DNA of 64,000 nt from Candidatus Nealsonbacteria bacterium (GTDB taxonomy: Bacteria; Patescibacteriota; Minisyncoccia; Minisyncoccales; JANBVM01): assembly GCA_047456295.1 (NCBI GenBank), contig CP179887.1, positions 559,159 through 623,158 on the forward strand, written 5' to 3'. Position numbers and translations under genes: made by a program. The notes under the pieces are model-generated. The model ran no database searches and was not told the DNA's origin. It was given only the letters and a program-made list of their open reading frames with translations. Shown here piece after piece: positions 17,664 through 26,486 of the stretch. Within the stretch, counting starts at the first letter, position 1. The number at the start of each line of letters is the position of its first letter.

Positions 17664-19322
17664 ATGTATAAAATTTTTTCCAGTTGGTTATTTTATTTTA
17701 TGTCAGTTCATTTAATAGCTCTGATGTCTCTTTTTGTTATTAACCTCAAAGATATTTTTAGACCCTTTAGAAAGATAAGTAAAAAAACATGGTTTATATT
17801 ATTATTGATATTTATTATTGGTTTTTGTTTAAGGAATTCTCAGTATTGGTTAGGACCCCATACAGATGGTTTTGTTTTTCAGGAATCAGCTAATTATTGG
17901 TTAAAACAGGGGGAGTTTGTTAAATGTTGCGCTTTGGGGAATATTAAGAATTGTTTACTTTATGAACAAGTGCTCTTTTTAGCAGGTTATCCGTTTCTTA
18001 TCTCTTTGGTTAGTCTTTTCTTTGGTTTTCACAGTTTAAACGGTCCTATAATTTCAGCCGTTCTTAGCAGTTTAACAATAATAATTATTTTTCTTATCTC
18101 TTACTTAATTTTTAATAAAAAAGTTGGATTATATGCCTCTCTTATATTTTCTCTTCTTCCTTTAAATATAATTCATTCTCAAACTGGTTCCTCGAGACCT
18201 ACTTATTTATTCTTTGTAGGATTGACAATTCTTTTTTATTTTATTGCTTTGAGAGCCAATAAATTGAGTCTGTGGATTTTGACCGTTTTGAGCTTATCTT
18301 ATTCTATTTATGTACGACAAGAAAATTATATACTCTTACCTCTTTTATTGTTCTTCTTCGTCCTCTTTAAATGGGAAGAGATTAGAACCATATTGAAAAA
18401 TTTTTCCTTAGGGAAAACAAACTATAAATACATCATGTATGCTTTTGCCTTGGTTTTACTTTTTTTAATTATTCAGATTCCAGCTCTTTATTGGCTTTTG
18501 CATAACAATCCTTATAATTATTATGACGTTCCTGGTATTTTTGGTCTTTATTATAAAAGAATCCCTTATAATGTTCAGCTTTTTTTAAAACAGTTTTTTA
18601 ATATTGTTCCTTTTTCTCCATTAGAAGAAAAAAACCACTATAGTATATTTGCCACCTTTCTCTTTTTTGTCGGTTTCATACTTATAATTTTATCTACTAA
18701 AGTTAAATATATTTTTATTTTATCTTTATTTTTATTGTATCTGATATTTTATGCCTCATTTTCTGTTGACAATCTTTTTGGTGATGATTATGTAAGGAGG
18801 AGTTTATTTTTTCATTTACCTTATGCTATAATAGCAGCTTATGCCTGGGATTGGGTCGGGAATAGGATAAAAGAAAGAATAAGGATAAAAAAGGAATGGA
18901 TGCTTGTTTTTTTAACTCTCGCAGTTGTTTTTACTTCACATTTATATTTCCCTCGTGCTTTATTTAAAGATGCAAGGGGTCAAATAGGTTTTAATAAAGA
19001 TTATTTTTCAGCTGTTGGTAAAACTCCCAAAGATTCACTTATTATTACTACTAGATTTATGGTTGTTACCAATGATTATTTTAAAGACAACCAAAGAAGA
19101 GCAATTGATATCGACCTTATTTTTCCGGAAAAAAAAGATATGTTTTTAAACGCAATTTCAGAAGAGATTAAAAATAACTATGAAGTATTTTATTTTGAAG
19201 ATTATCGTTGTCAGGCGGAACATATAGATTATTCTTGTCAGTTTATAAATACTTATTTAGAAAAAGAGCATCTTTTTGATGTAAACAGAATTAAGGTTTA
19301 TAAGATAACTTTAAAGACTTAA
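17664..19322 (+). CDS. polytopic membrane protein, GT-C fold (PMT/ArnT-like) glycosyltransferase candidate
   Basis: 552 aa with more than 10 predicted TM helices. The first-loop acidic motif region (HTDGFVFQESANYW) and the spacing of the following helices resemble bacterial GT39/PMT_2 proteins. Confidence 0.5.
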   Translation: MYKIFSSWLFYFMSVHLIALMSLFVINLKDIFRPFRKISKKTWFILLLIFIIGFCLRNSQYWLGPHTDGFVFQESANYWLKQGEFVKCCALGNIKNCLLYEQVLFLAGYPFLISLVSLFFGFHSLNGPIISAVLSSLTIIIIFLISYLIFNKKVGLYASLIFSLLPLNIIHSQTGSSRPTYLFFVGLTILFYFIALRANKLSLWILTVLSLSYSIYVRQENYILLPLLLFFFVLFKWEEIRTILKNFSLGKTNYKYIMYAFALVLLFLIIQIPALYWLLHNNPYNYYDVPGIFGLYYKRIPYNVQLFLKQFFNIVPFSPLEEKNHYSIFATFLFFVGFILIILSTKVKYIFILSLFLLYLIFYASFSVDNLFGDDYVRRSLFFHLPYAIIAAYAWDWVGNRIKERIRIKKEWMLVFLTLAVVFTSHLYFPRALFKDARGQIGFNKDYFSAVGKTPKDSLIITTRFMVVTNDYFKDNQRRAIDIDLIFPEKKDMFLNAISEEIKNNYEVFYFEDYRCQAEHIDYSCQFINTYLEKEHLFDVNRIKVYKITLKT

Positions 19323-19378
19323 GATGAAAATTTTTTATTTATTTTTGAAGAAGATACTTGTAATATAAATTTAATAAG

Positions 19379-20347
19379 ATGTCTAAAGAATTTATTAAAA
19401 AGTCAAAAAGAGACAAAGATGCCAGGCCTCTGGACCAAAGAAATTATGGTAAGGTAGAAAGCCTTTGTATTTTTAGATGTAATTGTAATTGTATTATGTG
19501 TTCAGTAGCCAATGCAATTAAGAAGAATAGCAGGGATAAAAACGAAGGTATAAAACCATTTGAAGAGGTCAAAAAGGATATTGATATAGCGGTGCGAGCC
19601 AAGGCGAACACCTTTGCTTTTTCTGGCGGTGAGCCGACATTGAGAAAAGATTTAATTGAGCTTGTAAAATATGCCAAAAAAAAGATTCCTAATATTGAAA
19701 TACAGTCAAACGGAAGATTGTTTTATTACAAGGGTTATTGTGAAGAATTAATTCGAGCCGGAGTGAATATTTTTGTGGTTTCTTTTTACTCTCCATTGGA
19801 AGATGTTCATGACAGAATAATGGGCGTTAAAGGGGCTTATAGACAAACTCTTCAGGGTTTGAAGAATTTAGAAGAATTAAAACAGACAGTTAAGATAAAT
19901 ATAGTTATTTTAAAGTTAAACTATCGTCATCTTTCAGGGTTAGTGAAATTTTTACTTAAATTAGGAGTTAGAGAATTTCGATTTATCTACGTTACTATAG
20001 AAGGAAATGTGCTTGATAATCCAGAAGATATTGTGGCTAAAATGAGTGTAGTTGCTCCCTATCTCAAAGAAGCGTTAAGAATTGGATTAAAAAAAGTTCC
20101 TTGTTATGTTTACAATATGGTTCCCTGCTTACTCCCCGATTATGAAGAATCAATTAATGATATATTTCAATCTGATACTTATCTTCGTGGCCCTGATTTT
20201 GAATGTTCTATAGATGAAAATAGAAGAAAAAATAAAGTGAAATCTAAAAAATGTAAGGAATGTAAATATAATTCTTATTGTTACGGGATCTGGAAAAATT
20301 ATGCTAAAGTCTTTGGTCTTGGAGAATTAAAACCAGTTAAAGACTAA
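19379..20347 (+). CDS. compact radical SAM enzyme, island paralog 2
   Basis: CNCNCIMC, FSGGEP, QSNGRLFYY, and C-terminal CKECKYNSYCYGIWKNY...FGLGELKPVKD. Confidence 0.8.
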   Translation: MSKEFIKKSKRDKDARPLDQRNYGKVESLCIFRCNCNCIMCSVANAIKKNSRDKNEGIKPFEEVKKDIDIAVRAKANTFAFSGGEPTLRKDLIELVKYAKKKIPNIEIQSNGRLFYYKGYCEELIRAGVNIFVVSFYSPLEDVHDRIMGVKGAYRQTLQGLKNLEELKQTVKINIVILKLNYRHLSGLVKFLLKLGVREFRFIYVTIEGNVLDNPEDIVAKMSVVAPYLKEALRIGLKKVPCYVYNMVPCLLPDYEESINDIFQSDTYLRGPDFECSIDENRRKNKVKSKKCKECKYNSYCYGIWKNYAKVFGLGELKPVKD

Positions 20348-20513
20348 TTTTTCTATAGGATCGCTCAATAAATTTAATATCTAAAACCTCTCTTGTTGGT
20401 TTGAATTTAGACTCTTTTAATGATTTTTAAAATTAAGATTAATCTATCTAAAAACAGGGTATGAGATTTACCGTTGTACTTTATTTTGTAAATTGTAAAA
20501 ATATTGTTAATAT

Positions 20514-20522
20514 TGTTATAAT
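20514..20522 (+). promoter_or_regulatory. extended -10 (TGTTATAAT) placed for a leaderless GT2 transcript
   Basis: TATAAT ends at 20522 and the ATG is at 20529. Confidence 0.35.
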
Positions 20523-20528
20523 TTGATA

Positions 20529-21203
20529 ATGAATGTTAGTATAGTCATACCAACCCTTAATGAAGAAGAGGGAATTCAAAAAACATTGAGAGAGCTCTCT
20601 CTTTTTTTATTGAAAAATAAAAAATTGAAGGTAGAGCTTATTATTATTGATGGTGGAAGCGAGGATAGAACGCTAAAGATAGCCCGGGAAGCCGGCGCTA
20701 AAGTAATAATTGCGGAAAGAGGTTATGGAAGGCAATATAAAGCTGGATTTAAAGAAGCAAGGGGTGATGTTATTATTACAATGGACGGCGATGGAACTTA
20801 TCCTGTGGAAGAAGTTTCAAAATTATTAGAAGTCTTAGAAAAAGAAAATCTTGATTTTATTTCTCTTAATAGATTTAGTAATTTAGGAAAAACATCAATC
20901 AATAAAGTGAATCTAATCGGCAATGTATTTTTGACTTTTTTTACTAATCTCTTATTCAATTTACACTTAGTAGATTCACAAAGCGGAATGTGGATATTTA
21001 GGAAAGATATTTTGCCTAAATTAAACTTGGTATCTAATGGAATGTCTTTTTCAGAAGAAATAAAAATCGAAGCTTTTCAAAAATCTAAAGCTAAAGAAAT
21101 TCTTGGCTCCTATTACAAAAGAATGGGGGGGAGGTCGAAGTTGAAGTTTTCAGATGGTATTAAAAACTTATTTTTTTTATTTAAAAAAAAATTTAATTTG
21201 TGA
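20529..21203 (+). CDS. GT2-family glycosyltransferase (polyprenol-phosphate sugar synthase-like)
   Basis: VSIVIPTLNEE, IIIDGGSEDRT, ITMDGDGTYP (DxD region). ATG at 20529 is preferred over the TTG at 20523. Confidence 0.75.
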   Translation: MNVSIVIPTLNEEEGIQKTLRELSLFLLKNKKLKVELIIIDGGSEDRTLKIAREAGAKVIIAERGYGRQYKAGFKEARGDVIITMDGDGTYPVEEVSKLLEVLEKENLDFISLNRFSNLGKTSINKVNLIGNVFLTFFTNLLFNLHLVDSQSGMWIFRKDILPKLNLVSNGMSFSEEIKIEAFQKSKAKEILGSYYKRMGGRSKLKFSDGIKNLFFLFKKKFNL

Positions 21204-21252
21204 GCTAGTAAGAATCAGAAACTCTTAAGTATTTTTTAAAAATGGTTTAGCT

Positions 21253-22653
21253 ATGAAAAAGATACTGCTTTTAAATTTACCTGGCGATGAAATTTATCTA
21301 AGAGATTATTATTGTAGTTTTATCTCTGAAGGAGATTTTGTCTGGCATCCCGTAGATCTTACCGTCCTTAGTGGTATTCTCTCTCTTGATTACCACATAG
21401 AGGTGATTGATGCTATTGCGGAAAAGATTGGTTTTCAGGAATGCTATGAGAAGATATCTTTAATGGACATAGATACAATTATTTTTCTTTCTGGAGCAGT
21501 TTCTTGGGAAAAGGATAAGGAGTTTTTGGAGAAGATTAAGAAGAAAAGACCCCTCAGGTTAATCGGGACGGGCGATTTATTTCTTTTTCAGGGTGAAAAG
21601 ATACTGAGAGAAAATAAATTTTTAGATGGCCTAATTTTAGATTTTACAGATTCAGAGATATTAAAATTCTTGTCGGGAGAGAAAGGCTCTTTCAAAAATA
21701 TAATTTATAGAAGTGAAAAGGAGATTTTTCTTCCTCGAAAGATAAAAAGGGAAAAGGAAATCTTTTCTCTTCCCTTGCCTCGTTTAGATTTGTTTCCTAT
21801 AAAGAGATATAATTTTCCTATCGCTCGGTATTTTCCCTTTGCCACCATAATCGCCAGCCTGAATTGTCCTTATCACTGCCGCTTTTGTATTTATAATAAT
21901 TTAGACTTTAAATGGCGGGATGTTGATAATGTTGTTGAGGAATTAAAATATATCTATTCTTTAGGTATAAGAGAGGTTCGGTTTAGAGATAATACTTTCG
22001 GTGCTAATAGAAATCAGGCTTTAGACATATGTCGCAAAATGATACTTAATAATTTTAATTTTAGTTGGTCTTGTTCCAGCCGGGTAGATGTTTTGGATAA
22101 AAAGTTATTAGAGATTATGAAAAAAAGCGGCTGTCATACTATTCAATTTGGAGTAGAAAGTGGAAATCAAGAGACATTAGACCGTTTTAACAAAGGGTTT
22201 ACATTAAACCGGGTTAGAGAGATGTTTTCTCTTTGTCAAAGATTAGATATTAGGACTATGGCACATTTCATTCTTGGATTACCTGGCGAGAATCAAGAAA
22301 CCGTTCTGAATACTTTAAGGTTTGCCATAGAGCTAAATTGTGATTTTGCCACTTTTAACATAGCTGCTCCTCGTGTGGGTACAGATTTGAGAAAAAATGC
22401 AATTTCAAAAGGATGGCTTATTGATAATGCATTAAAAAGCAGTGATACTGTTCGTACTTATCCCGTCATAAAGACCGAGAAGCTTTCTCAGAAAAAGTTA
22501 TGGGAATTGAGAAATAAAGCTATAAGAAAATTTTATTTACGTCCACATTACATTATTAAAAGAATCCTTAATTTAAAAAGCTCATATGAACTGAAAATGA
22601 ATATTCGGGAAGGGCTATTATATTTAGCTAACTCGTTTAAAAAAGGATTATGA
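21253..22653 (+). CDS. class B (B12-binding domain) radical SAM enzyme
   Basis: N-terminal Rossmann-like LLLNLPG segment followed by CPYHCRFC. 466 aa. Confidence 0.7.
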   Translation: MKKILLLNLPGDEIYLRDYYCSFISEGDFVWHPVDLTVLSGILSLDYHIEVIDAIAEKIGFQECYEKISLMDIDTIIFLSGAVSWEKDKEFLEKIKKKRPLRLIGTGDLFLFQGEKILRENKFLDGLILDFTDSEILKFLSGEKGSFKNIIYRSEKEIFLPRKIKREKEIFSLPLPRLDLFPIKRYNFPIARYFPFATIIASLNCPYHCRFCIYNNLDFKWRDVDNVVEELKYIYSLGIREVRFRDNTFGANRNQALDICRKMILNNFNFSWSCSSRVDVLDKKLLEIMKKSGCHTIQFGVESGNQETLDRFNKGFTLNRVREMFSLCQRLDIRTMAHFILGLPGENQETVLNTLRFAIELNCDFATFNIAAPRVGTDLRKNAISKGWLIDNALKSSDTVRTYPVIKTEKLSQKKLWELRNKAIRKFYLRPHYIIKRILNLKSSYELKMNIREGLLYLANSFKKGL

Positions 22654-22743
22654 ACGGAGAAAAGCAACAAGATTGTCATAATATTGCGGGGGTTCAAAAA
22701 ATGAGAGATATTTGTAATTTTGTAAAAGATAATTTAATATACA

Positions 22744-23727
22744 TTGAAGATGGAAAACAAAAAAACAAAAAAAACAGTTATTATTACAGGTTATCGTTGC
22801 AACAACCGCTGTCGTTTTTGTATGGAAGCTGACAAAAGGGATATACCCGCTAAAACATCCCTTGAAATAGAACAGGAGATGCTCAAGGCCCATAAAAGGG
22901 GAACTGATTATCTGGAGCTGATTGGTGGAGAAATGACCATCAGGCCGGATATTGTAAGGCTGATAAACTTTGCTAAAGGTTTGGGTTTTTCAACCATTAT
23001 GATGTCTACTAATGGAAGAATGTATTCTTATCCGGAGTTGACAGAATCTATATTTAAGGCAGGTTTAAACAGCCTTGTTTTTTCCATTCATGGACATACC
23101 CCAGAACTCCATGATTGGCTGACCCAGGTGCCTGGAAGTTTCCTTCAGTTAAAGAAAGGGGTAAGAAATGTTCAAAGGATTTCTAAAAGGTTAGGATTAG
23201 ATATCCATATTGGTTCCAATACCACCATTGTTGAACAGAATTACAAGTTCCTTCCTCAGATTGGTGAATATATAAGAAGTCTTGATATTGCTGATAGCGA
23301 ATTTATCTTTGTGGACTGTAATGAAGGAGGGGCATACAACAATTTTTATGAGTTTGTGCCTCAGATTTCAAAAATAGCAGAATATGTTCATAAATGTTTA
23401 GATATAGGAAAGCGTGACCATCTGAGACATTGGCATGTTCGTTATGTTCCCCTTTGTTATTTTCGAGATTACTTAGATCAGATCAGTGAGTTGCAGGAAG
23501 TAGTAACTTTTCATACAGAGCATATTGCACCTGATTTTTACAATCCACACGTTGAAAAGAGCCGGCGGATAGCAGGGCGATTAAAGACAGAAAAATGTAA
23601 AGGTTGCAAGTTATATAATGAATGTGAGGGAATTTGGAAAGTGTATCTTGAACGATACGGAGATGAAGAACTAGAGCCGGTTAAAAATTTAACCAGTCAC
23701 CAGTTAAAAAGTCTGTCTTCTTATTAA
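22744..23727 (+). CDS. compact radical SAM enzyme, island paralog 3
   Basis: CNNRCRFC, STNGRMYSY, HGH...GSFLQL, and C-terminal VPLC plus CKGCKLYNECEGIWKVY...YGDEELEPVK. Confidence 0.8.
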   Translation: MKMENKKTKKTVIITGYRCNNRCRFCMEADKRDIPAKTSLEIEQEMLKAHKRGTDYLELIGGEMTIRPDIVRLINFAKGLGFSTIMMSTNGRMYSYPELTESIFKAGLNSLVFSIHGHTPELHDWLTQVPGSFLQLKKGVRNVQRISKRLGLDIHIGSNTTIVEQNYKFLPQIGEYIRSLDIADSEFIFVDCNEGGAYNNFYEFVPQISKIAEYVHKCLDIGKRDHLRHWHVRYVPLCYFRDYLDQISELQEVVTFHTEHIAPDFYNPHVEKSRRIAGRLKTEKCKGCKLYNECEGIWKVYLERYGDEELEPVKNLTSHQLKSLSSY

Positions 23728-23793
23728 ATTTTAATTGTAAATAAAGTTAGATTAAAAATTTTCGTAGGTAATTTCAGTCTTTATTGTGGGAAT

Positions 23794-24732
23794 ATGCTCA
23801 ATAAAAAAGACTACGGAGGTATAATTTTAAAACCCGGATGTAGTAATTCTTGTGTTTTTTGCGGGTTACCCGAAATGAGGAAAACAACTGTTTCTTCTGC
23901 TGAAATCAGGCGTCAAACTGTTAATTCTTATAAAAATTTAATAGATTTTAAAAAACAAGGAATAAGAAATATTATAATTTCAGGTAATGATCCATTGGAA
24001 TACAAAAGAATAACTCAGATGATAGAGTATATGAAAAAAACTGGTTTTGAATTTATCCAGATGACAACCAATGGGGTAAGATTATCTGACAACTATTTTT
24101 TAGATAGATTTATTAAATCAGGTATTGATAAACTAATAATACCTTTGTATGGATCTAATTTGAAAATTCATGATTCAGTTACTCAAACACCAGGTAGTTT
24201 TATTCGTACTTTAAAAGGAATTAAGGGAATACTAAAGAAAGCAGCAGATATAAAAATTCAAATAAATTCTTTGATACTTCAACAGAATAAAGATAACCTT
24301 TTAGATTTAATGGATTTGGTGGAAAGTAAATTAAATATAAAAGATATTAATTTTTCTATTCCCTGTATCACAAATTGTAGTTATTATTCTTATTATATTC
24401 CTTTCAAAGATTTAGGGCCTTATGTGAGGAAAATTTATGATTACGCTTTAAAAATGAATTATAAGATTTCATTTATTGAGATTCCTTATTGTGTTTTTGG
24501 CTATATTGATAGAGCAAGGATAGATAATGCTGGTCTTCCTCCGAACTTGGGTAAATATTGCCAACCCCCTAAACCCGTTAAGACCTCAATAAAAGATATG
24601 CCTTCCTATAGATTGAAGAGAAAAATTAAGATGTGTAAGAACTGCAAGGCTTCTCCTTTCTGTGACGGATTTTTTATTAATGATATTGATAGATTATTTG
24701 GAACAGGAGACCTTAAGCCACTTTCTAAATAA
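23794..24732 (+). CDS. compact radical SAM enzyme, island paralog 4 (most divergent)
   Basis: CSNSCVFC, TTNGVRL, GSFIRT, and C-terminal IPYC plus CKNCKASPFCDGFF...FGTGDLKPLSK. Confidence 0.75.
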   Translation: MLNKKDYGGIILKPGCSNSCVFCGLPEMRKTTVSSAEIRRQTVNSYKNLIDFKKQGIRNIIISGNDPLEYKRITQMIEYMKKTGFEFIQMTTNGVRLSDNYFLDRFIKSGIDKLIIPLYGSNLKIHDSVTQTPGSFIRTLKGIKGILKKAADIKIQINSLILQQNKDNLLDLMDLVESKLNIKDINFSIPCITNCSYYSYYIPFKDLGPYVRKIYDYALKMNYKISFIEIPYCVFGYIDRARIDNAGLPPNLGKYCQPPKPVKTSIKDMPSYRLKRKIKMCKNCKASPFCDGFFINDIDRLFGTGDLKPLSK

Positions 24733-24899
24733 AGTTTTTTATCAAATCTATAAAATAAGGTTTCAATTTTAATATAAATATTTATGGATTACAGATAAAA
24801 TTCCGAGAAAGCCCCTGAATTCATTCGTGTAGATGAATCGGAAAATATGATAAAATATTGTAAGTCGATTATTTAAAATTAAATCAAAAAAACTGCAAG

Positions 24900-25109
24900 A
24901 TGAAACAGGACAAAAAATACATTATAACCTATAAAAGTCGGGAGCACTATGAAGTCTTAGGTTGGGTTATAGCTTCCTCCCTGGAAGAAGCAAAAAGCAA
25001 GGCTCAACAAGAATTGTTAAAGGAAGCAAAGCATTATAATGTGTCTGAGGCTGAGATTGCCGAATGGAAAGATGGCGATGAATTAGTTTTTCTGAAAAAA
25101 ATAGAATAA
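24900..25109 (+). CDS. small protein A (69 aa), paralog of 26263..26484
   Basis: Its stop lies 1 nt before the ATG of the SPASM enzyme at 25111. It shares a core of about 55 aa with small protein B. Confidence 0.65.
   Translation: MKQDKKYIITYKSREHYEVLGWVIASSLEEAKSKAQQELLKEAKHYNVSEAEIAEWKDGDELVFLKKIE
24916..25079 (+). repeat. dispersed direct repeat, copy 1 (core of small protein A)
   Basis: Hand alignment with 26297..26460 gives 164 nt with about 10 mismatches. Confidence 0.85.
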
Positions 25110-25110
25110 T

Positions 25111-26208
25111 ATGTTTAGACCAAAATCTTTTCATCTCCAGTGGCATATTACAGAAAGATGTAATATGCATTGCAAACATTGCTATACTAACACGCTATTT
25201 TTAAAAAACGAATTATCTCTTCAAGAATTGATTAAAATTTTAGAGCAGTATCTGGAGCAGATTAAAATCTGGGGATTGCCCAGAAGAGATGTTAGGATAT
25301 CATTTACTGGTGGAGAGCCATTTGTAAGGAAAGATTTTTTTGACCTTTTACAGAGATGTTATGAGAATCAAGATATAACCCGATATGGAATCTTAACCAA
25401 TGGGACATTGTTAACTCAAGGCATTATAGATAGATTGAAAGCTCTAAAGATAAGTTATGTTCAGGTAAGTCTGGAAGGAACGAAAAAAATAAACGATTAC
25501 ATCAGAGGAAAAGGCACTTTTAAAAAGATAATAAGAGCAATCAGATTATTGAAAGAAGGAGGTATACCAACAATGATTTCAATGACAGTAAGTAAAATAA
25601 ATATCCAAGAGGTGCCAGCAATAATTAATCTTAGTAATGATTTAAAGGTTAATTTTTTAGGCATTAGGCAACTTGTTCCTCTTGGAAGGGGTAAAGAAAT
25701 AAAAAAATCAGTTTTGACTCCTGAAGAAGTTCGGAAATTATTTTTATATGTTTTGAAAATGAAGAGAGACTTTAAAAGTAATGTTGGGCTGGGTTGTGAA
25801 GATGGTATATTAAGTCAAGAAATGCATTATCTTCCTATTGGTTGTTCTGCTGGTTATGCTAGTTTTACAGTTCTTCCTAACGGTGATGTTTATCCTTGCC
25901 GGAGACTACCTCTCCTTTCAGGAAATCTATTGAAACAATCATTTAGTGATATTTACTATAATTCTAAACAGCTTCAAAGATTAAGGAACTTAAATAATAT
26001 TAATGATGTTTGTCGAAGTTGCCCCTATTTTAACGAGTGTCATGGTGGAGCTAAATGTATAAGTTATAGCTATTTTGGAAATCCTTTTGCTCCGTCGCCT
26101 CAATGTTGGAGACTGTTTGAAAAAATGCCTAATCCAGATTTAAAATGGAAAAGTAGCAAAAATGGGAAAGAGGAAGACTTAGACCAGAGATGGGTTGAAA
26201 GAGATTAA
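25111..26208 (+). CDS. radical SAM/SPASM enzyme
   Basis: CNMHCKHC, FTGGEPF, CSAGYASFTVLPNGDVYPC, CRSCPYFNECHGGAKC. Confidence 0.85.
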   Translation: MFRPKSFHLQWHITERCNMHCKHCYTNTLFLKNELSLQELIKILEQYLEQIKIWGLPRRDVRISFTGGEPFVRKDFFDLLQRCYENQDITRYGILTNGTLLTQGIIDRLKALKISYVQVSLEGTKKINDYIRGKGTFKKIIRAIRLLKEGGIPTMISMTVSKINIQEVPAIINLSNDLKVNFLGIRQLVPLGRGKEIKKSVLTPEEVRKLFLYVLKMKRDFKSNVGLGCEDGILSQEMHYLPIGCSAGYASFTVLPNGDVYPCRRLPLLSGNLLKQSFSDIYYNSKQLQRLRNLNNINDVCRSCPYFNECHGGAKCISYSYFGNPFAPSPQCWRLFEKMPNPDLKWKSSKNGKEEDLDQRWVERD

Positions 26209-26262
26209 GTTACGATGATTTTTTATAAAATTTATTCTATAATGTAATAAATTATTAAGAAT

Positions 26263-26484
26263 ATGGCAACAAAAAAATTACCCTCTATAAAAAAAGAATA
26301 CATTATAACCTATAAAAGTCGGGAGCACTATGAGGTCCTGGGTTGGGTTATAGCTTCCTCCCTGAAAGAAGCAAAAAGCAAGGCTCGACAGAAATTGTTA
26401 AAGGAAGCAAAGTATTATAATGTGTCTGAGGCTGAGATTGGAGAATGGAAAGATGGCGATAATATTCATTTTAATATTTCCTAG
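26263..26484 (+). CDS. small protein B (73 aa), paralog of 24900..25109
   Basis: Its stop lies 2 nt before the ATG of the radical SAM gene at 26487. Its N-terminal KKLPSIKK is shared with the HxsA-like protein. Confidence 0.65.
   Translation: MATKKLPSIKKEYIITYKSREHYEVLGWVIASSLKEAKSKARQKLLKEAKYYNVSEAEIGEWKDGDNIHFNIS
26297..26460 (+). repeat. dispersed direct repeat, copy 2 (core of small protein B)
   Basis: See copy 1. Confidence 0.85.
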
Positions 26485-26486
26485 CC

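Noticed and set aside
20461-20526. 21-aa ORF (MRFTVVLYFVNCKNIVNIVII) upstream of the GT2 gene, considered as a precursor peptide
   Set aside because: It runs through the TGTTATAAT promoter element and is low-complexity AT-rich sequence. Most likely a chance ORF.
24900-26484. Small proteins A and B as HicB-like antitoxins, based on a beta-beta-alpha pattern with an (S)LEEAK helix start
   Set aside because: There is no toxin partner. Both genes are translationally coupled to rSAM genes instead, and the resemblance is only a loose secondary-structure pattern.
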